In this document: piece by piece, positions 40,069-51,051 of the stretch
How positions within the stretch are numbered: the stretch's first letter is position 1
How the letters are laid out: the number at the start of each line of letters is the position of its first letter
Origin: an uncultured Lachnospiraceae bacterium
Lineage (GTDB): Bacteria > Bacillota > Clostridia > Lachnospirales > Lachnospiraceae
Assembly (NCBI GenBank): GCA_910577445.1
Contig: CAJTMZ010000007.1
Span: forward strand, 1 to 58,443
Direction: 5' to 3'
Length of the DNA: 58,443 nucleotides
Notes under the pieces: model-generated
Told to the model about the DNA's origin: nothing
Seen by the model: the letters and a program-made list of their open reading frames with translations, nothing else
Database searches by the model: none
Made by a program: the position numbers and the translations under genes

Positions 40069-41091
40069 ATGGGAAAAGTAATGCTGGAAGTTAAAAATTT
40101 AAAAACAAAATACGTTACCCGTCAGCGTGAGGACGTATTTGCAGTAGACGGTGTCTCTCTGAAGATTGAAGAAGGAAAATCCCTTGGCGTTGCCGGCGAG
40201 TCGGGCTGTGGTAAATCCACACTGGCGCTGTCACTGATGGGATATTATTTCCCGCCCCTTCATTATATCAGCGGCGACATTATTGTAGACGGAAACAACA
40301 TTTCCGGTTTAAAACCGGATGATGTGAGGAAAAAGATTCTGGGAACGGAAATTGCCTACATACCTCAGGCAGCCATGAATGCTTTGAACCCTACACAGAA
40401 AATTATCCGTTTTATTGAAGACGTTATTCATGTACATGACCCGAAGGCCACCAAGAAAGATATTTACGACCTGGCAAAAGAAAGATTTGCTATTCTGGGG
40501 CTTCCTGAGGAGGTACTGCAGAAACATGCGGTGGAATTGTCCGGCGGTATGAAGCAGCGTACCGTTATCGCAATTTCCACGATTCTTTCTCCTAAGGTAC
40601 TGATTGCCGACGAACCTTCATCGGCTCTCGACGTTACCAGCCAGAAGATGGTTATCAAGATGATGCGTGACCTGATGGAAAAAGGCTTCATCAGAAGTAT
40701 GATTTTTATTACCCATGAGCTGCCTCTGCTTTACAACGTGACAGACGATATTATGGTAATGTATGCAGGACAGATTGTGGAGCGCGGCACGGCAAAAGAG
40801 ATGGTATTCGACCCGCTGCATCCTTATACAAAGGGTCTGATGGGCTCCATCATCGTTCCCGAGGAAGGTGTGCGTGAGAATAAGCTGATAGCAATTCCGG
40901 GAACGCCTCCTAACTTGAAACGTCCGCCTAAAGGATGCCGTTTCGCAGACAGATGTAAGTATGCATCACCCACCTGTATGGCAATGGAGGTTCCCGTACT
41001 TGAGGTACCCAGCAAGGAAAGCGACAGAGAACGTGAGTATCGTTGCCTGATGTCTGTAAGAAAGATTCGGGAGGTGTATGAGAATGAGTGA
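40069..41091 (+). CDS. ABC ATP-binding protein (OppD family)
   Basis: [31 protein letters not shown]. Confidence 0.93.
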   Translation: MGKVMLEVKNLKTKYVTRQREDVFAVDGVSLKIEEGKSLGVAGESGCGKSTLALSLMGYYFPPLHYISGDIIVDGNNISGLKPDDVRKKILGTEIAYIPQAAMNALNPTQKIIRFIEDVIHVHDPKATKKDIYDLAKERFAILGLPEEVLQKHAVELSGGMKQRTVIAISTILSPKVLIADEPSSALDVTSQKMVIKMMRDLMEKGFIRSMIFITHELPLLYNVTDDIMVMYAGQIVERGTAKEMVFDPLHPYTKGLMGSIIVPEEGVRENKLIAIPGTPPNLKRPPKGCRFADRCKYASPTCMAMEVPVLEVPSKESDREREYRCLMSVRKIREVYENE

Positions 41092-41899
41092 TAAGAAGAG
41101 AGCGGAATGCTTAACCGGCAAAGGCGTAACCAAGATTTTTGGTATGGGCGACAGAAAAACAGTAGCCGTTGACCATGTGGATTTTGATTTCCGCGAGGGA
41201 GAAATAGTTTCCATCGTAGGCGAGTCGGGCAGCGGCAAGACCACTCTTTCCAAGATGCTTCTCGGTCTTATCAGCGTCACGGAGGGTGAGGTAATGTTCC
41301 AGGGCAAGCCCAGGGATATTTCCAGCGGAGCAAAGAAAAAGGAATACTGGAAAGGCATTCAGGCGATTTTCCAGGACCCTTTCTCCTCCTATAATACATT
41401 CAACAAAATTGATTCGGTTCTTCTTGACTGTATCAACATGAGAGGCGGAAAGTCTCTTCCTTACGAGAAGAAATTCGAAATGATGAGGGAAGCCTGCAGC
41501 TTTGTTAATCTGGAATTTAAAGAGCTTACCAACAAGTATCCTTTCGAGCTATCCGGCGGTCAGATGCAGAGACTTATGATTGCAAGAATTTTCCTGCTCA
41601 AGCCCAAGATTCTGTTAGCTGACGAGCCTACGTCCATGATTGACGCCTGTTCAAGAGCGACTATTCTGGATATGCTTTTAAAACTTCGTGATGAAATCAA
41701 CATGACAATTATTTTCATCACACATGATATCGGCCTTGCCTACTACGTTTCCGATTCCGTATATATTATGGAGCATGGAAAGTTTGTGGAGCACGGCTCG
41801 GCGGAGGATGTGATTCTTCGTCCCAAGGCAGCCTATACCCAGAGACTGATTAACGACGTTCCCAAGATTTATGAGGAATGGGATTTGAGTACGGTGTAG
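41078..41899 (+). CDS. ABC ATP-binding protein (OppF family)
   Basis: [31 protein letters not shown]. Confidence 0.93.
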   Translation: MRMSDKKRAECLTGKGVTKIFGMGDRKTVAVDHVDFDFREGEIVSIVGESGSGKTTLSKMLLGLISVTEGEVMFQGKPRDISSGAKKKEYWKGIQAIFQDPFSSYNTFNKIDSVLLDCINMRGGKSLPYEKKFEMMREACSFVNLEFKELTNKYPFELSGGQMQRLMIARIFLLKPKILLADEPTSMIDACSRATILDMLLKLRDEINMTIIFITHDIGLAYYVSDSVYIMEHGKFVEHGSAEDVILRPKAAYTQRLINDVPKIYEEWDLSTV

Positions 41900-42126
41900 G
41901 ACTGACTTAAGGAATTGAAATAATAGTGTGAAACAGGAGGCAGAGCGTGTTTTGGCATGTTCTGCCTTTTGCTTCGTACCGGAGAATATATTCCAAAATA
42001 TATTTGAAGAGTTCTGAAAGCCATTTTTCTGCCGATAAATATAACAGGGATTTGTATTTTACAAAGTTAAGAGAGGCACAAAGAGTATACACTCTCAGAT
42101 ATGATTATCAGGAAGGAGCGGCAGTT

Positions 42127-42435
42127 ATGGCAGTTGGCGGATTAAGTACGGCGCAGATGATGCAGGAAATTCAGGGAAGGAAAAAGGAACTCTACACAAA
42201 GATTTTAAAAGGGGAAACGCAGCAGAAATTCCAGATTGGCGCAGGGGAATATAGCGAGAAGGAATGGAAGCGCATGCTGGACAAATTCGACGAGACTCAG
42301 GACGAGATTCGGGAGGCTCTTGAGGAGGAGAAGGAAGCGCAGGGGAAGGGAAAAGCCAGAGAGCAGAGCACTTCTGAAAAAACGAAAGATATGTATGAGG
42401 ATATTGTCGGGATGATGGGCGGGAAGATACGATAA
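42127..42435 (+). CDS. Hypothetical protein
   Basis: ORF with aaggag RBS; charged helical sequence. Confidence 0.55.
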   Translation: MAVGGLSTAQMMQEIQGRKKELYTKILKGETQQKFQIGAGEYSEKEWKRMLDKFDETQDEIREALEEEKEAQGKGKAREQSTSEKTKDMYEDIVGMMGGKIR

Positions 42436-42449
42436 GATTTGAGGTTAAA

Positions 42450-43427
42450 ATGATGACGGACGAACTGCTATCAGAACTGAAAAAAATAACGCCAGAGGAG
42501 AAAAGCATTCTGGCGGGCAGAAAAGAAATTGAAAAAGAGCTATATATGTCGGCCGGCCGGGATATGATTGAAGCGGGAAAGCTTTTGGAGGCCGGCAAGC
42601 TGATACAGGTGCGCCCCAATACCCGGTTTGTCCATTTCCCAAAGCATACCCATAATTATATAGAAGTAATTTATATGTGTTCGGGAAGAACTCATCATGT
42701 GATAGACGGCGACGACGTGATTTTAAAGGAGGGCGAATTGCTGTTTCTGAACCAGAAGGCAGTACAGGAAATCTATCCGGCAGAAGAAAACGACGTGGCA
42801 GTCAATTTTATCATTCTGCCAGAGTTTTTTGACCACAGCCTGAAAATGATGGGAGAGGAAAAAAACCTTCTGAGGGACTTTGTGATTGAAAGCCTGAAAG
42901 GAAAGGACGAGGCGTCCGGTTATATGCATTTTAAGGTAGCGGACGTCCTGCCGGTTCAGAATCTTCTGGAAAACCTTATCTGGTCAATCTGGAATAAACA
43001 GCCCAATAAGAGAAGCATTAATCAGGTGACTATGGGGCTGCTTTTTCTCCAGTTGATGAACTATACGGACAGGATGGAGACTGGAACCGGCAGCGGAAAG
43101 CAGCGGATGATGATTGATGTGTTAAGTTATGTGGAGGAGCATTACCGGGACGGAGAGCTTTCGGAGCTGGCCGGCCTGCTTCATTGTGATTTTTACTGGC
43201 TTTCCAGAGAAATTAAAAGGATTACAGGCAAAAACTATACGGATTTGGTGCAGGAAAAACGCCTCAATCAGGCAGTTTATCTTCTGGAAAACACCAATAT
43301 GTCGGTGATGGAAATCGGTATGAGCGTGGGATATGAGAACGTCAGCTATTTTCACAGGATTTTCCAGAGAAGGTTTGGGGTTACGCCAAGGAAGTACCGG
43401 ATAAGCAGAAACAGAATTTCAAAATAA
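42450..43427 (+). CDS. AraC-family regulator with cupin sensor domain
   Basis: PKHTHNYIEVIY cupin; VGYENVSYFHRIFQRRFGVTPRKYR. Confidence 0.92.
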   Translation: MMTDELLSELKKITPEEKSILAGRKEIEKELYMSAGRDMIEAGKLLEAGKLIQVRPNTRFVHFPKHTHNYIEVIYMCSGRTHHVIDGDDVILKEGELLFLNQKAVQEIYPAEENDVAVNFIILPEFFDHSLKMMGEEKNLLRDFVIESLKGKDEASGYMHFKVADVLPVQNLLENLIWSIWNKQPNKRSINQVTMGLLFLQLMNYTDRMETGTGSGKQRMMIDVLSYVEEHYRDGELSELAGLLHCDFYWLSREIKRITGKNYTDLVQEKRLNQAVYLLENTNMSVMEIGMSVGYENVSYFHRIFQRRFGVTPRKYRISRNRISK

Positions 43428-43611
43428 AACGATGGGTAAATTTCAAATCTAATACGTTTCAGGGGTTCTTTCATAAAGGCATTTATTGGTAAATAGTCAT
43501 TATGAAAGATTTCAAAAAGGACAAAAATTCCACAAATTTTGTTTATATTTCACAAAAAAGTTTAATTAAGAATATAGTTGTGGACACTTTGTTATAGACA
43601 TGATATTATAA

Positions 43612-43621
43612 TGTTATAACA
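43612..43621. promoter_or_regulatory. Putative GntR/HutC-type operator
   Basis: Palindrome TGTTATAACA (GT-n-TA-n-AC core) upstream of a sugar operon that encodes a GntR-UTRA regulator. Confidence 0.45.
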
Positions 43622-43651
43622 ATATAATAACTAAAAGGAGGATGTATTATT

Positions 43652-45004
43652 ATGAAGCTAAAAAGAATTACGGCTCTGTTGCTTTCTATGGCAGTGATGG
43701 TTGGAACATTGGCAGGATGCGGCGGCTCAAACAGCGACGGCGGCGGTGCACAGACTTCGCAGAAGGAAAATACAGCGGATAAGGAAGCGGATACGGCAGG
43801 CGCAGAGGATACCGGTTCCGGTGAGGCGGCTTCCGCCAACGGAACAATTGAATTTTGGAACGATAAGATGGCAAATGTGGAGCAGACCGCACTGGACGCT
43901 ATGATAGGCGCAATCCATGAAGCTTCCGGCTATACGCTGGATATGATTCCCTATCCGGACACGGCATCTTATCAGACGGCTATGCAACAGACTGTCCGTG
44001 ATGCAAAAGCGCCGGGGCTTTTTACCTGGTGGAGCGGCCCTCAGCTTCAGACACTGGTAGAGAACGGCCTGGTGGAGGATTTGACTTCTGTGTGGGAGAG
44101 CGCTATTTTCGATGCGGGAGTATCTCAGGGAGTTGCGGATGCGTTTACCTTTGACGGTAAAATCTATGCAGCGCCATGGAGCGTTCTTTATAATGTTGTT
44201 CTCTACAACAAGACGGTATTTGACCAGTACGGATTAAAGGAACCGGAAACATTTGATGAGTTTCTGCAGTTGTGTGAGGATTTAAAATCCAACGGCGTGG
44301 CACCCATTGCTTTAAAGAGTGATTCATGGGCTGGTTTCATCTGGTTTCAGGCATTGCTTGCGGCGAAAGATGTGGAACTGTACAAGGGCATATGCGATGG
44401 AAGCATCAAATATACAGACGAGCGGGTTGCGGAAGTGATGGGAATCTGGAAGGATATGCTGGACAAGGATTATTTTTCCGTGCCGATGGATTACGGTACC
44501 GACGTCAGAACCGCTTTTGCTAAGGGAGAAGTTGCAATGATGCTGGAGCCTCATGTGGAATTTGCGGGTATGAGGAAAGACTTTGATATGAAGGAAGGCG
44601 AAAGCATAGATGCCTTTGTTGTTCCGGCTATGGACGGCGGTAAGAGAACCATTTTCTTCGAAGCGGCTCCCTTGTGCGTATCCAGCTTCAGCGGACAGAA
44701 GGACGATGCAGTTAAGATATTGGAAACATGGTATTCGGAAGACGTGCAGAATGTACTTCACAAAGAATTTGGCTATACAAATACCAGCAAGGTTACCGTA
44801 GATACTCCGACAGTAAAGAAAATTCTGGATGCCACCGCTGATGCGGATAATTATCAGATGGTACTGAGATTTTATGAAAACACTCCGGATAAACTGAGAG
44901 ATTTTGTTCTGGATGAGCTTATGAAGTTCCAGCTCAAATATTCGGGCGTTGACGAGATGCTGAATGCAATTCAGGCGGAGGCCGACGCAGTATTTGGAAA
45001 TTAA
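43652..45004 (+). CDS. Carbohydrate ABC substrate-binding lipoprotein (family 1)
   Basis: Lipobox TLAGC, DGKIYAAP, YNKTVFDQYGL..PETFDEF. Confidence 0.9.
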   Translation: MKLKRITALLLSMAVMVGTLAGCGGSNSDGGGAQTSQKENTADKEADTAGAEDTGSGEAASANGTIEFWNDKMANVEQTALDAMIGAIHEASGYTLDMIPYPDTASYQTAMQQTVRDAKAPGLFTWWSGPQLQTLVENGLVEDLTSVWESAIFDAGVSQGVADAFTFDGKIYAAPWSVLYNVVLYNKTVFDQYGLKEPETFDEFLQLCEDLKSNGVAPIALKSDSWAGFIWFQALLAAKDVELYKGICDGSIKYTDERVAEVMGIWKDMLDKDYFSVPMDYGTDVRTAFAKGEVAMMLEPHVEFAGMRKDFDMKEGESIDAFVVPAMDGGKRTIFFEAAPLCVSSFSGQKDDAVKILETWYSEDVQNVLHKEFGYTNTSKVTVDTPTVKKILDATADADNYQMVLRFYENTPDKLRDFVLDELMKFQLKYSGVDEMLNAIQAEADAVFGN

Positions 45005-45085
45005 GAAAAGAATTTGACAAAGGGCTGCCGCAGTAAGTGGCTGCGGCGGCTTTTTGCCCGGATGAGAAAGGGGGTTATCCGTTTA

Positions 45086-45952
45086 ATGAGAAAATCCTTT
45101 TCATTAAAAAACTATAAGGATTATCTGTATATTGCGCCTGCGGTTTTGTTTGTCGTTATTTTTTTCGTTACTTCTATCATTTATGCGTTCAGACTCAGTT
45201 TCTTTGAGTGGGACGGATTTTCGGAAATGGTTTTTGTAGGATTTGATAATTACAAGAAGCTGTTCGGGGATAAGAATTTCCTGACTTCGGTTATGAATAC
45301 GATTATATGGGTGGCAAGTTCCCTGATACTGTCTATGGCTTTGCCGCTGCTTTTTGCAATTTTAATTACCAAAAGTTCTCTGCCGGGATTTTTCAAGAAC
45401 ATTTTTTATTTTCCTTCGGCATTATCCGCAACGGTAGGCGGTCTGCTTATGACGTCGATTCTGTCCGTATACGGACTTCCACGGATTATGGGAATGCTGG
45501 GCTTTCAGAATCTTGTAAGGGACTGGCTATCCATCCCGTATGTCAATACCTTTGTTATGATTTTGTCCGGGGTATGGCAGGGACTTGGGCTGAATATGCT
45601 TCTGTTCATTTCGGGGCTTAACAATATTGATTCGTCCCCGATTGAAGCGGCTCAGATTGAAGGTACCGGAACTTTTCAGCTTTATACAAGGGTGGTATTC
45701 CCGCTGCTTAAAAATACCATTGTGGTAGTGCTTTTAATGTCACTTGTAAATAGCTTCAAAACATTTGACAATATATGGATTATGACAAAGGGAGGTCCCT
45801 ACAGAACTTCCGAAACACTGGCGCTTACAATGTATGAGGAATCCTTTATACGGAATGATTTCGGACGGGGCGCGGCTGTGGCCATTGTCCTGACTGTCGT
45901 TGTTGTATTTGTTTCTTATTTTAATATCAGGAATTCTTTTAAAGAGGATTAG
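45086..45952 (+). CDS. Carbohydrate ABC permease
   Basis: FVGFDNY, EAAQIEG, FDNIWIMTKGGP. Confidence 0.9.
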   Translation: MRKSFSLKNYKDYLYIAPAVLFVVIFFVTSIIYAFRLSFFEWDGFSEMVFVGFDNYKKLFGDKNFLTSVMNTIIWVASSLILSMALPLLFAILITKSSLPGFFKNIFYFPSALSATVGGLLMTSILSVYGLPRIMGMLGFQNLVRDWLSIPYVNTFVMILSGVWQGLGLNMLLFISGLNNIDSSPIEAAQIEGTGTFQLYTRVVFPLLKNTIVVVLLMSLVNSFKTFDNIWIMTKGGPYRTSETLALTMYEESFIRNDFGRGAAVAIVLTVVVVFVSYFNIRNSFKED

Positions 45953-45960
45953 GGGTTTAT

Positions 45961-46782
45961 ATGCGAAAAACAAGTAAGAAAAACAGAATTATAATTAACT
46001 GTATATTGGGCGTGCTTTCTGTCATATGGTTTGTGCCTGTTGTTTTTGCGGTAATGAATATGTTTAAGGGACAGGTTGAATACAACATGGGGAGCTTTTG
46101 GGCGCTTCCTGAAGGAAATAAGTTTGCGGACAATTTAAGCTATATCAGAGACAATGCCAAAATATTCCAGGGAATGCTGAGCAGTCTGCTCTATGCGGCA
46201 TGCGGGGCGGTATTCGCGGTGATACTGGGAACCATGGCGGCATACGGAATAGCGCATCTTAATATAAAGCACAGAATGTTCTGGTTTATGGTGATTTACA
46301 GCGGCACGATTTTTCCTTTTCAGATTTATCTGATACCGGTTTTCAGGGGATACGCAAAGCTGGGGCTGTATGATACCAGACAGGGAATGATTTTATTTTA
46401 CACGGCAATATGTATTCCGTTTGTAATGTTTGTACTGCGCAACTTTTTTACGGGAATTTCAAAGGAAATCTGTGAGTCCGCCAAATTGGACGGCGCTTCC
46501 GATTTGCAGATACTGCTTAAGATGTTTGTTCCCATGGCAAAGGCGCCTCTTTCCGTGGTACTGCTTTCGCAGTTTACCTTTTGCTGGAACGACTTGATGT
46601 TCGGACTTACCTTTACGAAATCAAGGGAAATTAAACCTGTTATGGCGTCGTTGTCTCTGATGAACACAGGTCATGCGCCGGCCATGCTGATGGCCTGTCT
46701 GGCGGCGTCCCTGCCCACCATTTTGTTTTTTATCTTTTTAAATAAGAATTTTGAAGCGGGATTTGTATATACAGGAAAGTAA
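45961..46782 (+). CDS. Carbohydrate ABC permease
   Basis: ESAKLDGAS EAA loop, WNDL. Confidence 0.9.
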   Translation: MRKTSKKNRIIINCILGVLSVIWFVPVVFAVMNMFKGQVEYNMGSFWALPEGNKFADNLSYIRDNAKIFQGMLSSLLYAACGAVFAVILGTMAAYGIAHLNIKHRMFWFMVIYSGTIFPFQIYLIPVFRGYAKLGLYDTRQGMILFYTAICIPFVMFVLRNFFTGISKEICESAKLDGASDLQILLKMFVPMAKAPLSVVLLSQFTFCWNDLMFGLTFTKSREIKPVMASLSLMNTGHAPAMLMACLAASLPTILFFIFLNKNFEAGFVYTGK

Positions 46783-46813
46783 TTTTTATTTATAAAATTA
46801 TGGAGGAGAAATC

Positions 46814-49279
46814 ATGGATTTAAAGAAACAGTGGAAAGTGTATTTGATTCAGCATTCCCATACGGATATCGGCTATACGGAAAGACAGGATAAAATTATC
46901 AGCTATCACTGCGATTTTATCAGACAGGCTGTGGATATTTTAAATGACATTCACGAAAATAACAGGAAGGAATATGAAGGCTTTGTATGGCAGTGCGAGA
47001 ACTACTGGCAGGTAAAAAATTTTTATGCCCATGCTTCTGAAGAATATATCAGAGACTTTGAAAAATATGTGCATACCGGGGAAATCGGCCTGTCAGGCAA
47101 TTATTTAAACATGACGGAACTGATTTCAAAAGAGGTGCTGGATACCAGAATCGCGCAGGCAAAAGATTACGGAGAGAAAATAGGACATCCCGTCATTTCC
47201 GGTATGACGGCGGATATCAACGGCTTTGCGTGGGGATATGTGGATTCTCTCAGTGAAAACGGGATAAAGCATTTGTATTCCTGTCTGCATCCTCATCACG
47301 GGATGTTCCCTCTTTATAAAAAGGTAATGCCCTTTTACTGGGAAAGCCCGAAAGGAAACAGGATACTTGTCTGGAACGGGGAACACTATCATTTTGGAAA
47401 TGAAATGTTTCTCTCGCCTCACGCGGGAACTTCCTACATGACATATGATGAATTTCACAAGCCAATCAGAGACGATGCGATTTTGAACGTTTCGGCCAAG
47501 GAGACGGATAAAAGGGAAGTTGAAATTGCACAAATCCGGCTGGAGCGGTATCTGGCGAATCTGGAGGAAGAAGGCTATCGGTACAATCTGGTTCCGTTTA
47601 TGGTTTCAGGCGCCATCACCGATAACGCGCCGCCAAGCCGGGAGATAGCAAGGCGTGTGAACGAACTGAACGGAATTTATCAGGGAAAGATAACATTCCG
47701 TATGGTAACTCTGGAACAGTTTTTTGCCGAGGTGGAGAAAAACTGTGATAATATCGCAGTTTACAGAGGAGATTGGAACGACTGGTGGGCGGACGGTGTA
47801 GGCTCCACGCCGGCAGCGGTAAAAATCTTCTGTGACGCAAGAAGAAAGTACAGTATCTGCCAAAAGCTGGACGAAAAGCGGGAACTCGGGTACGAATGCC
47901 TGATGGATAAAGCTGCGGAGAACCTTATGCTTTACGCGGAGCATACATGGGGATATTCTTCCTCTGTGTCAGAGCCATGGGAAACGCTTGTGGGCGACCT
48001 GGAAATGAAAAAAACGGCTTATGCCATCAACGCGAATACGGAGATTTCAAGGAATCTGGACGAGGTTCTCGCGAAAAAGGGAGAAGTTTCGATTTCCCAG
48101 GACAGACCCCATAAGTACAGGATTATCAACCCTCACACGATGGATTTAAAGACAAAAGTCTGTTTATATATAGAATTTTGGGAGTATATGGAGGGCCTGA
48201 GATTCAGTGACGATATGCCGATAGAGGTAGTGGACGCTGCAACCGGAGAAATACTCAGTTCTCAGGTTAAGCGGATTGCAAGAGCCACTCAGGTAGAGGT
48301 TATCGTAGATTTGAAGGCTAAGGAAGAAAAGGAAGTAATGATACGTCTGGCCGGGAACCGGAAAGCGGTTGTGGTAAAGAACCATGCGCATATAGGCGCA
48401 GAGGGTGTTGCGGACATTCTTATGCCGGATGGGTTCAGGGAAAACTGCGCCTGTGTGGAAACCGCTTTCTATAAAGTGCTTCTGGACGAGGAAAAAGGAA
48501 TTACGGCGATTATTGACAAAAAGGATAACCGAAATATTATCAGAGAAGACGCAAAGTATCCTGCCTTTACAGGGATTTACGAGGTGACTGACATGAAAGG
48601 GCAGGCATGTGAAAGCAGAAGAAGGATGGGGAGGAACCGCAAGGACGTTTCTACCGCCCGGTATGCTTCCTGTTTAAAGGATATCCGTATTGTGGAAAAA
48701 GGCGCCGTGTATACGGCGCTGCAGTTGGATTACAGCCTTTACGGAACCGGATTTTACAGCATCTTTTTGAAGGTATACAAAGAAATTCCAAGGCTCGAGG
48801 CTACGGTGCGCATCCACAAGAGCAGCGTATGGGAGCCGGAAAATCTGTATATATCCCTTCCTTTTACTGCGGGAGAAGAAGAGGTAAAATATATTGATAA
48901 GACCGGCTGCATCATAAGGCCGGGGATTGACCAGCTTCCCGGGACCAATATGGAGTTTTATCTGCTGCAGAACGGAATTGTGATGGAAGGGAAAGAAAAA
49001 ACGCTTACACTGGCAATAAAGGACGCTCCGCTTGTTACGTTCGGAGAGCTGAAAGCCCATCCCGTCCGCTTATGCGACGGCAAAAATGAAGAAAAGAACC
49101 GTGAGCAGGCTTATTCCTGGGTAATGAATAATTTTTGGGAAACAAATTTCAAAGTGGATTTAGGCGGATTTTATGAATTCTCCTATACGCTTTCCACGCA
49201 TGAGAAGTGTTCAAAGGAAAGGGCTATGGAAATCTGTGCTGCCGATAACGAAGGAGTTCTTGGTTTTTATGCGAAATAA
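46814..49279 (+). CDS. GH38-like glycoside hydrolase (alpha-mannosidase-related)
   Basis: HSHTDIGY, ADING, DNAPP, GDWNDWWADG, EHTWG, MNNFWETNF. Confidence 0.75.
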   Translation: MDLKKQWKVYLIQHSHTDIGYTERQDKIISYHCDFIRQAVDILNDIHENNRKEYEGFVWQCENYWQVKNFYAHASEEYIRDFEKYVHTGEIGLSGNYLNMTELISKEVLDTRIAQAKDYGEKIGHPVISGMTADINGFAWGYVDSLSENGIKHLYSCLHPHHGMFPLYKKVMPFYWESPKGNRILVWNGEHYHFGNEMFLSPHAGTSYMTYDEFHKPIRDDAILNVSAKETDKREVEIAQIRLERYLANLEEEGYRYNLVPFMVSGAITDNAPPSREIARRVNELNGIYQGKITFRMVTLEQFFAEVEKNCDNIAVYRGDWNDWWADGVGSTPAAVKIFCDARRKYSICQKLDEKRELGYECLMDKAAENLMLYAEHTWGYSSSVSEPWETLVGDLEMKKTAYAINANTEISRNLDEVLAKKGEVSISQDRPHKYRIINPHTMDLKTKVCLYIEFWEYMEGLRFSDDMPIEVVDAATGEILSSQVKRIARATQVEVIVDLKAKEEKEVMIRLAGNRKAVVVKNHAHIGAEGVADILMPDGFRENCACVETAFYKVLLDEEKGITAIIDKKDNRNIIREDAKYPAFTGIYEVTDMKGQACESRRRMGRNRKDVSTARYASCLKDIRIVEKGAVYTALQLDYSLYGTGFYSIFLKVYKEIPRLEATVRIHKSSVWEPENLYISLPFTAGEEEVKYIDKTGCIIRPGIDQLPGTNMEFYLLQNGIVMEGKEKTLTLAIKDAPLVTFGELKAHPVRLCDGKNEEKNREQAYSWVMNNFWETNFKVDLGGFYEFSYTLSTHEKCSKERAMEICAADNEGVLGFYAK

Positions 49280-50192
49280 CAGGAAATTTTATCTTATGCT
49301 GGATGTAGGTGGAACCAATATTAAAGCCGGCATCCTTTCAGAGAACGGTGTTTTGGAAAAAACAGGAATACGGTTCTTTGAGGCAAAGGCAAAAGGCAGC
49401 CAGGAAGAAATTTTTAAAAATTTTGCGGAAGTGCTGCATACACTTATGGAGAATCTTCCTGAAAAAGACGCCCGGATTGAAGGGATTGGAATGGCATTTC
49501 CCGGTCCCTTTGATTATGAGAAAGGCGTCAGTCTGATGCGGGGGCTGGGTAAATACGATTCCATATACGGCCTGTCCATTTCGGAAGAGATGAAAAGATA
49601 TTTTCCGTCACCGGAGAAGAAAGAACTTTTGGCGGAAAAATGCAGATTTATTTTTCTCCATGACGTGGAGGCTTTTGCTATAGGCGAATGTCACTTCGGA
49701 GAGGTAAAAAACTGTAAAAGGGTAATGTACCTTTGTATCGGAACGGGAGCCGGCTCGGCGTTTACCAGCCATGGAAAGATATTAAAGGGGGAGGAGGGAG
49801 CGCCGCCTATGGGATGGATTTTCAACACCCCTTTCAGGGAAGGTATCATTGACGATTATCTTTCCGTACGGGGGCTGGCTGCCATTTCCCGTAAAGTAAT
49901 GGGAGAAGAAAAGAGCGGACGGGAGTTGGCAGAGCTTTGCCAAAGAGAAAATGCACGTGCTCTTACAGTATACGAAGAATTTGGAGACCTGCTTCGGGAA
50001 GCGGCTTTGCCTTTTCTGGACAGCTTTGGTCCGGACGGCTTCGTGCTGGGGGGACAGATGTCCAAAAGTTTTTCTTATTTTGGCGGGGCGCTTTCGGAGG
50101 AATGCGAAAAGAGAGGAATCAAAATCTTTCTGACGGCCGATACCTCCCGGCGGGCGCTGGAGGGATTATATGTATACGCCAGAGACTTATGA
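49269..50192 (+). CDS. ROK-family sugar kinase
   Basis: LDVGGTNIK, AFPGPFDY, HDVEAFAIGE, IGTGAGS. Confidence 0.88.
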   Translation: MRNNRKFYLMLDVGGTNIKAGILSENGVLEKTGIRFFEAKAKGSQEEIFKNFAEVLHTLMENLPEKDARIEGIGMAFPGPFDYEKGVSLMRGLGKYDSIYGLSISEEMKRYFPSPEKKELLAEKCRFIFLHDVEAFAIGECHFGEVKNCKRVMYLCIGTGAGSAFTSHGKILKGEEGAPPMGWIFNTPFREGIIDDYLSVRGLAAISRKVMGEEKSGRELAELCQRENARALTVYEEFGDLLREAALPFLDSFGPDGFVLGGQMSKSFSYFGGALSEECEKRGIKIFLTADTSRRALEGLYVYARDL

Positions 50193-50305
50193 GCAGCATG
50201 GCAAAGTGGCTGTAAAATAACAATCGGTAAGGGGGCCGTATCATTGTAATTTTTTCCGGAAAATGGTAAAATTATATTTGAATAACCCAAAGGAGCTGGA
50301 AATTA

Positions 50306-51031
50306 ATGACATTAAACAGAGAAAAAGGCGCGGCGCCCTTGTATTCCCAGATAGTAGAGATAATCAGAAGTCAGATTGAAAACGGAGATTTTGTTAAAGG
50401 AGAAATGTTTTTAACGGAAAAAAGACTCCAGGAAATCTATCAGGTAAGCCGCATTACCGTCAGGCAGGCAATCAATGAGCTGGAAAACGAAGGATATCTG
50501 CAGTGCGCCAGAGGAATCGGAACGACTGTGGTCTACGGAAAGAAAATAGATGAAAATTTAAAGAATCTTGTGAGCTTTACGGATGAAATGAAGCTTCACG
50601 GAAAAGTGATGAATACCAGCTACTGCGATATGGCGCTTATACGTGCCGGCAAGTCCGTGGCGGTCCAGCTCGAAATAGAGCCGGAGGACGAATGCTACCA
50701 GCTCACTAGGGTCAGAAGCGTCGGCAAGGAAGCGATTGTGTACTCTGTTACCTGGCTGAAAAAGATAAGGGAATATCCCTTAGATACGAAATATTATATG
50801 GAATCTTTATATCAATTTCTGCAGACCGACTGCAATATAAAAGTGGTAAAAGGCCGAGATACTCTTGAAGCGGTTGCGGCCACGGCGGAAATCAGCAGAT
50901 ATCTGGCTATTCCCGAGGGCGTGCCCGTTTTTAAAAGAGTGCGTAAGGCATATGGAGAAAACGGAGAAATCGTGGAATATACGATTTGTTATTATCCAGG
51001 CGACAGATATAAATATTCAGTGGAATTATAA
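50306..51031 (+). CDS. GntR-family regulator (HutC/UTRA)
   Basis: PLYSQI, VSRITVRQAINELENEG, GIGT, C-terminal UTRA domain. Confidence 0.92.
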   Translation: MTLNREKGAAPLYSQIVEIIRSQIENGDFVKGEMFLTEKRLQEIYQVSRITVRQAINELENEGYLQCARGIGTTVVYGKKIDENLKNLVSFTDEMKLHGKVMNTSYCDMALIRAGKSVAVQLEIEPEDECYQLTRVRSVGKEAIVYSVTWLKKIREYPLDTKYYMESLYQFLQTDCNIKVVKGRDTLEAVAATAEISRYLAIPEGVPVFKRVRKAYGENGEIVEYTICYYPGDRYKYSVEL

Positions 51032-51051
51032 ACAGAAATTCGGGGGTAAAA

